Of a DNA stretch of 30,097 nucleotides, positions 7,476-16,363 are shown piece after piece. Where the stretch lies: positions 1 to 30,097 of the IMG/VR virus record IMGVR_UViG_3300020045_006770, one strand, 5' to 3'. The notes below the pieces were generated by a model, which was given only the letters and a program-made list of their open reading frames with translations, was not told the DNA's origin and did no database searches. How positions within the stretch are numbered: position 1 is the stretch's first letter; each line of letters begins with the position of its first letter. This DNA is from a virus. Its lineage: Duplodnaviria > Caudoviricetes. The translations under genes were made by a program, and so were the position numbers.

Positions 7476-7703
7476 TCATTTTTCGGTGTTGAATTTCAGA
7501 AGGCGTACTTCGGAGATTTGGCGCATGTGGTGTTCGTCGATCTGGTATTTGGCGGCGATGGTTGCCATGTTCTCGTTTATCGAGCTGTTAACGTTTTTCA
7601 CTATTTCGATAACGGCATCCATAACCTCGCGCGATTCGGTAACTGCATTGTAAACGGCTTTGGCTGTTTCGGCCGGGCTTCGGGTAATGTTTGTATTTTC
7701 CAT
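7476..7703 (-). CDS. Hypothetical protein
   Basis: 75-aa ORF coupled by TGATG to the upstream gene. Confidence 0.6.
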   Translation of the reverse strand: MENTNITRSPAETAKAVYNAVTESREVMDAVIEIVKNVNSSINENMATIAAKYQIDEHHMRQISEVRLLKFNTEK

Positions 7704-7858
7704 CAGGCTTTAAATGTTTTTTTGTTGAATAATACGACTGAAAGAATTAATAATGGTATGGCTATGGCTAGCTGGTGCGTGGCTCCTATTAATACTCCGG
7801 CAAGCGATGGACCGGCTATTATGAGGCAAATGGTGGCGGTGATGCGTGATCCTTTCAT
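7703..7858 (-). CDS. Small membrane protein (51 aa)
   Basis: MKGSRITATICLIIAGPSLAGVLIGATHQLAIAIPLLILSVVLFNKKTFKA, manually translated. Confidence 0.55.
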   Translation of the reverse strand: MKGSRITATICLIIAGPSLAGVLIGATHQLAIAIPLLILSVVLFNKKTFKA

Positions 7859-7860
7859 GG

Positions 7861-8007
7861 TTAGGCTAAATCAATAACTGTGGCGTACTTTAAAATCATG
7901 GCAATGCCAAAAATAAATAAGGCTGAAATGGCGAAAACAATGGTGCAAAACAAGGCGGTCATTGCGTTTTCGTTGTTGCTAAACCAATTTGTAATTTTTG
8001 CTTTCAT
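7861..8007 (-). CDS. Small membrane protein (48 aa)
   Basis: MKAKITNWFSNNENAMTALFCTIVFAISALFIFGIAMILKY...; A-rich leader. Confidence 0.55.
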   Translation of the reverse strand: MKAKITNWFSNNENAMTALFCTIVFAISALFIFGIAMILKYATVIDLA

Positions 8008-8086
8008 TTTTTTAAATATTGAAGGTTTGATTTATTGAAGGATTGATTTAATTCAATCCTTCGGTTTATTCAGTAATTCGGGTTAC

Positions 8087-8344
8087 TCATGCTGCATGTT
8101 TGCGGCTTCGACGCTTGGCTTCTTTTTCGTAGCCTTTTAGTTTGTGGCGGCGTGGGGTGTAAATGGCCTGGTCGTTCCAAATCTGCATTATTTGGCGGTT
8201 ACCGGTGCCAACGTATTTGCCGTCGTTGCGTTTTGGGTTCTGGTTGCGGAAGGCTGCCCGGCGTTCGTGGCGGTTAGGCTGGCGGCGTACTGTTTTAGGG
8301 CTGAATGATGGCTGTGCTGATGTTGTAGGTGTTTCGTTTTGCAT
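8087..8344 (-). CDS. Basic, Arg/Lys-rich hypothetical protein
   Basis: PNRHERRAA motif; early operon position. Confidence 0.6.
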   Translation of the reverse strand: MQNETPTTSAQPSFSPKTVRRQPNRHERRAAFRNQNPKRNDGKYVGTGNRQIMQIWNDQAIYTPRRHKLKGYEKEAKRRSRKHAA

Positions 8345-8356
8345 TGTAGTTTTGAT

Positions 8357-8385
8357 GTTAGAGACGTTGCATGCAACGTCTGTAC
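8357..8385. repeat. REP-like palindrome (GTAGAGACG family)
   Basis: Perfect 20-bp palindrome AGACGTTGCATGCAACGTCT at 8362-8381. Confidence 0.7.
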
Positions 8386-8400
8386 GGTTTATATGAATGA

Positions 8401-8691
8401 TTAATTAATGGCGGTTTTTATCTTTTTCAGGTTGTGAAAATTGATGCGTAGTATTTCGGATAACTGGAATTTGTAAAGCTTACCGGTTTTGATATATGGT
8501 ATGATTCCGGCGGTGGCGTAGCGTAATACGGTGTCGCGGTGTACGTCGTGGATGTCGGCAACGGTATCGGCTGAAACTAAGCGGCCCGAGAACTGGCCTA
8601 AGATGGCGGCGGTGGCTAATTCGCCTAATTCGTCGGCCAGTACCTTTTTTAGGTCGGCCTCATCGAGTTGCAAAATGGTTTGTGTTTTCAT
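8401..8691 (-). CDS. xis: Excisionase-like HTH (MerR/HTH_17) protein
   Basis: VSADTVADIHDVHRDTVLRYATAGIIPYIKTGKLYKF. Confidence 0.7.
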   Translation of the reverse strand: MKTQTILQLDEADLKKVLADELGELATAAILGQFSGRLVSADTVADIHDVHRDTVLRYATAGIIPYIKTGKLYKFQLSEILRINFHNLKKIKTAIN

Positions 8692-8773
8692 GGTTTTTAA
8701 TATTGATGGACTGAAGGATTGAATGATTGATTTAAATCTGTCCTTCGGTTTATTCAGTAATTTAGTCCTTTTT

Positions 8774-8998
8774 TTAAGCTACGCGGGTTACTTCTATGCG
8801 ATTGTCGTTTGTGGTGGTGCTCCATTTTAAACCTTCGCCTCGTAGTTTTTTTTGCAGGCGTTGGATGCTCACTCGTACTGAGTCGAGTTGAATAATATCA
8901 AAGTCGGTTTTTTCGTTTACCGGCATCGTGCGCAAAGTTTTTGATACTTCCTTGCGAATTATTGCAACATTTTCGGCATTAGTTTCGTATTCTTGCAT
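8774..8998 (-). CDS. Cro-like early regulator
   Basis: 74 aa, first gene divergent from the repressor. Confidence 0.55.
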   Translation of the reverse strand: MQEYETNAENVAIIRKEVSKTLRTMPVNEKTDFDIIQLDSVRVSIQRLQKKLRGEGLKWSTTTNDNRIEVTRVA

Positions 8999-9035
8999 TG
9001 TGTATGTATTTACTTATTGTTTGATGTTTCAAAGA

Positions 9036-9082
9036 TCGAAACTAATTTCGAATTTGCAAACATTTTTCGAATATTTTTTCGA
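9036..9082. promoter_or_regulatory. Two operator palindromes TCGAA-N6-TTCGA in the lysis/lysogeny switch
   Basis: Copies at 9036-9051 and 9067-9082; a third variant at 9267-9282. Confidence 0.65.
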
Positions 9083-9103
9083 ATAAATTTTATAATGCTT
9101 AAA

Positions 9104-9457
9104 ATGAGCACTATTCATGAACGAATTAAGGTACTTGTAGATAGATTTGCGGATGGTAATAACTCTAAATTCGCAATTTTAACCGATACTAGTGAGGCTA
9201 ATATTCGAAATTATATAAAGGATGTGCAACCGAAGTTTAGTTTTCTTCAGAATGTTGCGAATAAATTCGAAATTAATTGCGAATGGTTATTGACTGGGAA
9301 GTCAGAAATGAATGCGGTAGAAGAGCCTTTATCCGAATACAAAAAGAAATCTGATGATCAATCAAAGTATATTGAGCTTTACGAACGATTGTTGAAAAGC
9401 CAGGAGGAAAAGATTAAAATTTTGGAGGAGGAGCGGCAAAAGTATTACGGAAAATAA
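9104..9457 (+). CDS. CI-like repressor (XRE HTH plus coiled coil, no S24 domain)
   Basis: IHERIK...NSKFA...SEANIRNY...INCEWLLTGKSEM; start at ATG 9104 or 9095. Confidence 0.8.
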   Translation: MSTIHERIKVLVDRFADGNNSKFAILTDTSEANIRNYIKDVQPKFSFLQNVANKFEINCEWLLTGKSEMNAVEEPLSEYKKKSDDQSKYIELYERLLKSQEEKIKILEEERQKYYGK

Positions 9458-9494
9458 GCAACCCCATTAACGGGGAGTTTAACGGGGTTGTAAT

Positions 9495-9692
9495 TTAAGC
9501 GTTGTGGTGGTGGTGGTGTTGATACCTCACATGTCGATGAATGTGCCGGTCCTGATGTTTCAGAATTTTGACACATTTTTCGATTCTCCGAAGGTTTTGC
9601 GCTTCGGTAGCCGTTAACTTCTTTTGAATGGGAGTGTAAAAACTTGCGATTGCCATTAAATCAGCAATCAGAATTAAAATAAGTCGCTGCAT
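9495..9692 (-). CDS. Small protein with hydrophobic N-terminus and His-rich C-terminus
   Basis: 65-aa ORF downstream of a structured leader and a TAnnTTTG promoter. Confidence 0.55.
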   Translation of the reverse strand: MQRLILILIADLMAIASFYTPIQKKLTATEAQNLRRIEKCVKILKHQDRHIHRHVRYQHHHHHNA

Positions 9693-9710
9693 GGTGTTTG
9701 TTATTTGGTG

Positions 9711-9844
9711 AAAAAGTCAGGAGTTGACTGTCGCCCAATAAGCAAAGCCTACCCAGCCGCTACGCCTTACGGATGTAGCACTCCTGACCCATGTTTTCGA
9801 TGGGCGAGTGCTGGGTGTGCTAAATACATTAATGGGCAACAGTC
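9711..9844 (-). ncRNA. Structured leader RNA with C4/CI-antisense-like architecture
   Basis: Stems GACTGTTGCCCA/TGGGCGACAGTC and CCCAGC/GCTGGG, two inner hairpins, and GTCAGGAGT complementary to ACTCCTGAC-TTTTT. Confidence 0.6.
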
Positions 9845-9849
9845 GCGAG

Positions 9850-9857
9850 CAAATATA
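9850..9857 (-). promoter_or_regulatory. Bacteroidota -7 promoter element
   Basis: TATATTTG matches TAnnTTTG, immediately before the structured leader. Confidence 0.65.
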
Positions 9858-9909
9858 AGGCAATGCAACTGATTTATATCAACTAAAAAACCAAAAATTA
9901 TAAAATATT

Positions 9910-10338
9910 ATGAAACGCTTTTTTTTACTCCTTACTATTGTGTTAACTATTATTGCGGCTAGTTTACAGGCCCAGGATGATGTTTATTTTAAACCTGAGA
10001 AAAAAACAATTGTGAATGAACAGTACCAGAAACTTACTACTGATGAAAAATTAAAATTTCAAACTGACTATGTACGTCACTGTCTCAAAAAATATCATGA
10101 TGAAAAAATGACTGGATATGGATTACAGTTAGCAGGTATTGCAATGGCTGGGGCTGGTGTTGCGATAGAAAATAATAAAAATACTGAACGAAAACTATCA
10201 TCGCCAATTGATGTTGTTTTAATTTACGGTGGTGCAGCTTGTTCTGTTGCTGGATTAATTACATTAATTGATTCGGAAAAATGGATGAAGCGTGCCTACA
10301 TTGGTCCAGATGGTATTGGTGTAAGATTTAGATTTTGA
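9910..10338 (+). CDS. Secreted or outer-membrane moron-like protein
   Basis: Signal peptide MKRFFLLL...AQ, two hydrophobic Gly-rich segments, C-terminal F. Confidence 0.75.
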   Translation: MKRFFLLLTIVLTIIAASLQAQDDVYFKPEKKTIVNEQYQKLTTDEKLKFQTDYVRHCLKKYHDEKMTGYGLQLAGIAMAGAGVAIENNKNTERKLSSPIDVVLIYGGAACSVAGLITLIDSEKWMKRAYIGPDGIGVRFRF

Positions 10339-10436
10339 ATATCAGACTTAAAATCCAAATTACCAGTACAATTACTATTGCGGCTATCAAATTAGCCAAC
10401 TGGCGGCGAAATATTTGGCGGCGGTAGTGGTCCATG

Positions 10437-11747
10437 TTATTTAAAAAACGGGTGTTGTGCCAGCAAACGGGCGTTTTCTTCCTGACTGATGCGTATATAC
10501 CTGAGAAACGAACGTTCTGTTTTGTGTCCTGTTATTTTCATAATCGAGATAGCAGGGATTCCGGCCACAAACATGTTTGTGGCTCCGCTTCGGCGTGCAG
10601 TGTGCGAACTTACCAGCGTCCATTTTTCGGCGGTGCGGCTTACCTGTCGCCCTCCCTCGGTGCGTACTGTGGTTACCGGCTCGTTAATTTGGGCCATTTG
10701 GCAAAGTTCTTTGAGGTGGTCGTTAAATCGCTGGTCGCTCATTTTTTTACTCAGGTCAAATCCGCTGGCTAATATTCCGCTAATTACGGGGTGTATGGGT
10801 ATGACTACATCGTCGTTTTTATGTGTGCCTTTTTTTGGCTTGATGCGGATGTATGCGTCGCCAATGTTGTAACGCTCGAGCCGCGAAAAATCGGATATCC
10901 GGAGGGCCGTATAACAACCAATCAGGAAAAAGGCGCGGGTTTGTTCGAGTGCTTTTATTTTCTTTTCGATGTGTAACCTGATTAAATCGGGATGTTGTAA
11001 CGAAACAGCGGCGTATGTGATTTCAATATCTTGTATTTTTTTTAACTCGGCGGCTGACAGATATACACTGTCGGCGGTTTCGGCTTCTTTTACGAATTTC
11101 CGGTGGTGATAATCGGTGGTTTCGTGCAATTTAGTACCGTCGGGGCCAGTGGCGTTCATTACTGCTTTAATGTGCTTTATAAATGTGCCAAAGGTGTTGG
11201 AAGCGTAGTATTTTGGCGGCTCATTTTCTTTTTGTTCGCGGGGTGTAATGTTTACCCAGGTGCGAAACGCGTTATAAAATGCGATGTTGATGTCGGCAAA
11301 TTGCAGCTTTCGACGGGTGGCCTGTTCGTACTTTTGCAGCACGTTGGCCGTGGTGCCATAAAATAGCCTGGTGCGGGGTTTTAAATTAGCTGTTTCGATA
11401 TACTTGCGGAAATGATCAATAAATGAATTTTCTGGTATAATGGTTTCTTGTGTTGGTGGTGGGGTGCAGCACTGTTTAATTGCTTCGGGTGTTGGTATTG
11501 TTCGGCTAATGTCGGCATCGGTAAATAGTTTTTTAGCGGCGTTCTCGAATTGGTTGAGTAGTATGTTAATGGTTTCGTGATCGGGGTAATTTCGGGTAAT
11601 TTTAGCCCTGTGTGTCGATTTATCCCAGTACTTAACCTCAACGGATGTGCCTGTTGTAATTTTAAAACGATTACCTTTATATCGCATAACCGCAAAAACC
11701 GATGTTTTATCCTTTTTTGCGTCTTTTAAAAAGAAATTTATTTGCAT
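10437..11747 (-). CDS. int: Phage integrase (arm-binding, SAM-like and catalytic domains; Bacteroides type)
   Basis: TALRISD, SSHTARRSGAT, ITGHKTERSFLRYI; adjacent attP. Confidence 0.95.
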   Translation of the reverse strand: MQINFFLKDAKKDKTSVFAVMRYKGNRFKITTGTSVEVKYWDKSTHRAKITRNYPDHETINILLNQFENAAKKLFTDADISRTIPTPEAIKQCCTPPPTQETIIPENSFIDHFRKYIETANLKPRTRLFYGTTANVLQKYEQATRRKLQFADINIAFYNAFRTWVNITPREQKENEPPKYYASNTFGTFIKHIKAVMNATGPDGTKLHETTDYHHRKFVKEAETADSVYLSAAELKKIQDIEITYAAVSLQHPDLIRLHIEKKIKALEQTRAFFLIGCYTALRISDFSRLERYNIGDAYIRIKPKKGTHKNDDVVIPIHPVISGILASGFDLSKKMSDQRFNDHLKELCQMAQINEPVTTVRTEGGRQVSRTAEKWTLVSSHTARRSGATNMFVAGIPAISIMKITGHKTERSFLRYIRISQEENARLLAQHPFFK

Positions 11748-11751
11748 GGCT

Positions 11752-11759
11752 CAAAGGTA
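11752..11759 (-). promoter_or_regulatory. -7 promoter of int (probably leaderless)
   Basis: TACCTTTG, 4 nt before the ATG. Confidence 0.55.
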
Positions 11760-11772
11760 TTGAATGAAAATG

Positions 11773-11968
11773 AGGGTAACAATAAGGGGAACGCAAAAAG
11801 CCTTTTAAGGTTACATTTTATACCGGAAAGATTTTAAAACCCTTATCAATCGCCATGTTTTACGGTATCAATATAAAATGTGTAATGTATTTTGGTATTC
11901 CCAACCGGGATACAAAAAAGCCGCTATTAATGCGGCTTTTATCGTTTTAGGGTAACAATATGGGTAAC
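11773..11968. mobile_element. attP
   Basis: Tandem arm repeats AGGGTAACAATA-AGGGGAAC (11773-11792) and AGGGTAACAATA-TGGGTAAC (11949-11968) flank a core ATTCCCAACCGGGATAC (11897-11913) that resembles a tRNA 3' end. Confidence 0.75.
11914..11940. terminator. Bidirectional terminator following the att core
   Basis: AAAAAAGCCGC-TATTAAT-GCGGCTTTT. Confidence 0.75.
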
Positions 11969-11994
11969 GGCAAACATGCAAACCTCAACACATT

Positions 11995-12024
11995 AAAAAA
12001 GCCCCTCGCGGGTGCGAAGGGCTT
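11995..12024 (-). terminator. Terminator of the late/lysis operon
   Basis: Minus strand AAGCCCTTCGCACCCGCGAGGGGCTTTTTT. Confidence 0.75.
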
Positions 12025-12061
12025 AAACCTAAACCTAACTAAACTAACTACAATGCATCTA

Positions 12062-12325
12062 CTATTTTTTATCGCGGTCGATATGCGAATCTAATTTGTT
12101 TTCAATGCGATTTAATGAATTCATGAATTGGGTAAATTCATTGCGATCAACTTTTGTTTCCTGAAGTACTTTTATTTCTTCTTCGTACTTTTCTGACTTT
12201 GTTTGTTGTTTTGCCTTTTCTGCCGATAAAACACTTATTGTTGTCAATAATGCAACGATTCCCGGAATTAAATAAGTAACCAGCCATAGCGGAATTTTAA
12301 CATATCTCTCTTTGTCGATGGTCAT
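12062..12325 (-). CDS. Single-TM coiled-coil lysis-region protein (holin/antiholin-like)
   Basis: TM helix followed by LNRIENKLD; last late gene. Confidence 0.6.
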   Translation of the reverse strand: MTIDKERYVKIPLWLVTYLIPGIVALLTTISVLSAEKAKQQTKSEKYEEEIKVLQETKVDRNEFTQFMNSLNRIENKLDSHIDRDKK

Positions 12326-12344
12326 GTCGTTTTCAAATAATATG

Positions 12345-12827
12345 TTACCCTCTTATTTGATTGATTGTTTTTGACTTTTCGGCGCTCCCGGCTGATGATC
12401 CAAAATAATAGCTGTAAATCTGAGTAAGCACGGCGCTGAGTACTCCCAAAATGTAAATGATCACATCTTTGCTTTCGGCTTTTATTACTGAAGGCGTAAA
12501 AATGAGCACAAACATTAAAGATAAAATTACAAATATGGTTCCCAGCGCGAGAAATGGCATCAGGTTTTTGTTTAGCCTGGTGTTATTCTCGCTGTTCATC
12601 ATTTGCACTTCGCGGGCGCGGGCGTTGCTTATATCACCTAAAACCATGGCCTTTTCTTCGTTGCTCATTTTTTGCATGTCGAGCTGAAATTGCATGTCGG
12701 CTTTTAAAATCTCGTTGTCGATCTGCAATTTTTCCTCTTTGGTAGTAATTACATTATCTAGGACCTTGCCAACTGCCCCGACTAGGGTACTGGCTCCGGA
12801 TGAAAATAATTCGGTTATGAATGACAT
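12345..12827 (-). CDS. Holin (3TM/GTA-holin-like)
   Basis: VLDNVITTKEEK, DISNARARE, two TM segments, YYFGSS; next to the endolysin. Confidence 0.7.
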   Translation of the reverse strand: MSFITELFSSGASTLVGAVGKVLDNVITTKEEKLQIDNEILKADMQFQLDMQKMSNEEKAMVLGDISNARAREVQMMNSENNTRLNKNLMPFLALGTIFVILSLMFVLIFTPSVIKAESKDVIIYILGVLSAVLTQIYSYYFGSSAGSAEKSKTINQIRG

Positions 12828-12837
12828 AGTTTTTTAT

Positions 12838-13374
12838 TTATGCGGTTTCGCCTAATGATCTTAAAATCCAACCATAGAAATATTTGCGGCTGGTAGGTCG
12901 TTTTTTTACGATTGTAATGTAGCGTGCAATTTTAGCAACTGTAAATGCTGCAATAAAATGATCGACATTAAAGCTATTTATTGCTGCAATGGTATCGTTT
13001 CCGATAATGCCATCGGTGGTAACCTCAACAACCAATTGCGCAAGTGTTGAACTGGTCCCGATTCCGGCATTTACTCCAAAGTCGAAAATTGAATTGGCGA
13101 TTTCCTGACTGGTAATTGCATCCAGGTGCATACGGTCCCAAAATTCGACGCGGTAAAAATCTTCTACTAATTGCTGAATTTCTGGATATTTATCGATGTT
13201 GCCCGGAAACCCTGATTGACGTTTTAGCATGTCGATGGATTGCCAACCGGCCCATTTGCTAAATATTTTGCGGGCAATGCCTTTGTATGTTTCGCCGCCC
13301 GGATCTTGCTGGTCGTTCACATAACCGCCCTCGGTGGTTATTGTGTGTTGAAATGCTGGTTTAAATTCGGCCAT
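12838..13374 (-). CDS. Endolysin, glycoside hydrolase family 108
   Basis: EGGYVND..DPGGETYKGI, FDFGVNAG, DGIIG, GW..R. Confidence 0.92.
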   Translation of the reverse strand: MAEFKPAFQHTITTEGGYVNDQQDPGGETYKGIARKIFSKWAGWQSIDMLKRQSGFPGNIDKYPEIQQLVEDFYRVEFWDRMHLDAITSQEIANSIFDFGVNAGIGTSSTLAQLVVEVTTDGIIGNDTIAAINSFNVDHFIAAFTVAKIARYITIVKKRPTSRKYFYGWILRSLGETA

Positions 13375-13537
13375 GGTTTAAATTGTATGGTTCTCTTAAT
13401 TTTTCAGGTTTAATGCCTGTTAATTTTTCGATGCTTCCGGCTGGTAGCTCAATAAAGCTGAAATACGAGCCGGCGGATCTGGTTTCGTCACGGTCGTAAA
13501 TTACTTCTTTACCTTTTTCAATTGCTACCCATGCCAT
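13361..13537 (-). CDS. Small hypothetical protein (58 aa)
   Basis: MAWVAIEKGKEVIY...IELPAGSIEKLTG, manually translated. Confidence 0.6.
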   Translation of the reverse strand: MAWVAIEKGKEVIYDRDETRSAGSYFSFIELPAGSIEKLTGIKPEKLREPYNLNHGRI

Positions 13538-13541
13538 TGTG

Positions 13542-13796
13542 TTATTGCTTTTTCCAGACTGTTACAAATCGGTGAATAAATACTTCGTTTGGCTGTGCTG
13601 TAAATTTTTTAGCTTTTACAGAATACCAATAAGATGGTTTCCCGTTCCATTTAAAAGTGCCATCGGCTTGTGTGTATTGTCCATTTACTTTTAAAACTGT
13701 TATTTTGCCGATTTGCTCTGTGCGTACCGGTATTAGTTTTGTTTGTGCCGATGCTGAAATGCAAAATAAAATCAGGAGTAATGCAAGGTATTTCAT
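13542..13796 (-). CDS. Small secreted protein
   Basis: Signal peptide MKYLALLLILFCISASAQ; start reassigned to 13796. Confidence 0.65.
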   Translation of the reverse strand: MKYLALLLILFCISASAQTKLIPVRTEQIGKITVLKVNGQYTQADGTFKWNGKPSYWYSVKAKKFTAQPNEVFIHRFVTVWKKQ

Positions 13797-13896
13797 GATG
13801 TTTAGTTTTAATAATAAACCCCGAATCACCCTTTAGTATCTCTCGTCACGTTTCGGGGTTTATTTGTATTTTGGTTCTAATAGTCCAAAATACGAA

Positions 13897-16050
13897 CTAA
13901 AGTTGAGATGCAATATAATTGCCAATTAATAATCCTCCGGCGGTATTTGGATGTACGTCATCAGATAAATATGTCGTGTAATTTGATGAATTAATTAAGA
14001 CATTCCTAAGTAAATCAATGCTCTCACAGTTGTATTGCGATGCACAATTAATTATTGCATCTGCCATTTCTCCCAATTGTAATGGCGTTAGTAAATGACA
14101 ATATGCAATTGTTAGGCATATTATACGAGCATTAGGATTTTGTTCGGTCAGTTTTTTAAGAACTCCTTTATAGGCGCTATAAAATGATGGCGCATTTGAA
14201 TATACTGCATCTCCCACATACGCCTCGTCGGTGCTATTACCAAGCAAACCTATTGATAGTTCGGCAAGGTCATTATACCCACCCAAAACAAAAACAATAT
14301 CAGGATTATAATATTTAACAGAATCAGCTCTTTCATAGATTGAATTTCCTACGTGTTGCCCAACAAAAGAATCATTTATTAAGGGAATAATTTTACTGCT
14401 TCCAACACCCATTGCCACATGATATACACCAATTTCAGTCTCTTTTTCAATATAATAATATCCTTTTTGCTTGACTATTGTCGGTTGCCACTTCGATTGA
14501 AATGTTACAGAATCTCCAAGAGTAACGAGTTTTGGAGATTGTTTAATCATTCGTAATGATACGCCCCAATTTCTTGATGAGTTTAATAAACTTACAGAAG
14601 CATTTGATGAAGTAACGGCTGGCATGAACTGTCCATTAGTGCCGGCAATTTCCTGACACCCAAAAACACCATAATTTCGGAATAGAAAATCAGCACCCGT
14701 TTCTCCGTTTATATCTCCCCCCCCAACAGCACTAAAACCGCTTTCGTTTGTTGCCCCAATATTCGGATCAGAAAATAAAACAATTCCCGGAGACTTCAAT
14801 TTTCCGCCTGCAACACTTGTACCTCCAAGATAATCGAACAAATTAACGAAGTCTGTGCTATATAATGGAACCCTATAATTAATGAAATAATTTGGATTTA
14901 TGGCATTAAAATAATCAATATCCATTTGTATTAAAACGAGCGCAAAATGATTGTATAAAATTCCAAATATTGCTTGATTTGTATCCACATTATAAGCATA
15001 TCGCCACATTGCCGCTGATTTCAATGCCGCATATGTTTTTTCTTCTATACTTCCACTTGTGGATGAATATACGCTATCATAAATAGTTTTTGATGTTATA
15101 AACGTTGCATTATCCGGTACGTTATTGATGTAATTACCCATTGCTGTAACTACAATTCTGGCATTTTGTAACGCCCAATTTTGAACACCTATTGATACAT
15201 TAGGCAATTCTCCAAATGATGTTTGAAAATAATTACAAATTTTAGTTCTCTGAAACTCGGTCAAAACTATGCTGTTTACAATAATACCGTAGCAAATCCC
15301 GTTTAAATACGTGCCACCCCCAGACATTAGTTTATTGAAAACAAAATTTGATCCAATTATTAATGTTTCAATATATTCATTGTCAACATAAAAATCAATC
15401 GTTGAATTTCCATTTGCAATAAATGTAAACAAAGTATTTTTAGACGTCACTCTTGATATATCAATAGTACCTACTGCGGAAATCCCGCTTTCATTTTTTA
15501 TTTTTATAACTAGCTTGTTGTTATTATAGGTTGTTCCGATGCTAGAAATCGTGCTTCCAGTCCATGAAGAATCAGTTTGTTTTCCGTCGATTTTATTAAA
15601 TATAGAAATAGACCATTTATCTGATACATTCTTTGATATATTATTAAAGCTTAAATAATTATCGTCAGAAAATGAATTTGATATTGCATATCTATCTAAA
15701 ACAGACCAATCTCCGGCTAATTGTGGTTGTATAGTATTTGTGGTTTGTACCGCATGATTCAATTGTATTGATAAATCATAGCATTTGGTTATTCTTTTAC
15801 ATTTTGTTGTTTCATCTCTCGTTTTCAATGCGGATTCGACGAATAATGCAATGTCTGTATTATTTTCAATAGACGAAGTTAATTGAGTTTTATAAAAATT
15901 TTCTATAAAATCAATTGATTTTATAGTCCCCGAATCTAACGCCACCATATTCGAAAAATCAGATGTTTTCCAAAAAGCAATTTGGTTCAAATTTGTCGCT
16001 TGTCGAACCATTTTACCCCCACGAATGGCGGCACTTTTATAGGCTTTCAT
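13897..16050 (-). CDS. Putative receptor-binding protein: lectin-like region, FISUMP (Fib_succ_major) domain, SGNH/GDSL esterase
   Basis: IGVQNWALQN, GILYN, GGKLK..PNIGATNESGF; GDSVT, GGYND, DDVHPN. Confidence 0.75.
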   Translation of the reverse strand: MKAYKSAAIRGGKMVRQATNLNQIAFWKTSDFSNMVALDSGTIKSIDFIENFYKTQLTSSIENNTDIALFVESALKTRDETTKCKRITKCYDLSIQLNHAVQTTNTIQPQLAGDWSVLDRYAISNSFSDDNYLSFNNISKNVSDKWSISIFNKIDGKQTDSSWTGSTISSIGTTYNNNKLVIKIKNESGISAVGTIDISRVTSKNTLFTFIANGNSTIDFYVDNEYIETLIIGSNFVFNKLMSGGGTYLNGICYGIIVNSIVLTEFQRTKICNYFQTSFGELPNVSIGVQNWALQNARIVVTAMGNYINNVPDNATFITSKTIYDSVYSSTSGSIEEKTYAALKSAAMWRYAYNVDTNQAIFGILYNHFALVLIQMDIDYFNAINPNYFINYRVPLYSTDFVNLFDYLGGTSVAGGKLKSPGIVLFSDPNIGATNESGFSAVGGGDINGETGADFLFRNYGVFGCQEIAGTNGQFMPAVTSSNASVSLLNSSRNWGVSLRMIKQSPKLVTLGDSVTFQSKWQPTIVKQKGYYYIEKETEIGVYHVAMGVGSSKIIPLINDSFVGQHVGNSIYERADSVKYYNPDIVFVLGGYNDLAELSIGLLGNSTDEAYVGDAVYSNAPSFYSAYKGVLKKLTEQNPNARIICLTIAYCHLLTPLQLGEMADAIINCASQYNCESIDLLRNVLINSSNYTTYLSDDVHPNTAGGLLIGNYIASQL

Positions 16051-16363
16051 ATTCGATGTTTATGGTTCCTGCTCCACTGATAACCTCAACTTTTACGCGC
16101 AATAATGCGGCGTTTAACCCGGCAATGTTCAGCCCTTCGGTGGTGGCTCCAACGGTTGCGAATTCTAACGGTGCGCCGTTTTCGTCTTTGGCGGTGCGCC
16201 AGTCGGTGTTTGCTGTTTTGCGCTGGATGGTGTATTTGATTTGTCCGGCTCCGGTGCCTGTAACCTTGGCGGCAATGTCAACGTTTTGTGCGCTGGCTAT
16301 TTCGGAGCTGTAAACAACTTCCTGTGTGGTGTATGCGTGGGCTGATAAAATGTTTGTTGCCAT
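16037..16363 (-). CDS. Hypothetical virion protein (beta-rich)
   Basis: 108-aa ORF in the tail module, preceded by the late 15-mer. Confidence 0.7.
   Translation of the reverse strand: MATNILSAHAYTTQEVVYSSEIASAQNVDIAAKVTGTGAGQIKYTIQRKTANTDWRTAKDENGAPLEFATVGATTEGLNIAGLNAALLRVKVEVISGAGTINIEYESL

Noticed and set aside
6829-7492. Short ORFs across the tRNA region
   Set aside because: They overlap the tRNA and tRNA-like structures and show no protein-like features.
13814-13864. Inverted repeat AATAAACCCCGAA/TTCGGGGTTTATT as an invertible switch
   Set aside because: The 25-nt interior has no clear promoter; a terminator or attenuator hairpin before the lysis genes is the simpler explanation.
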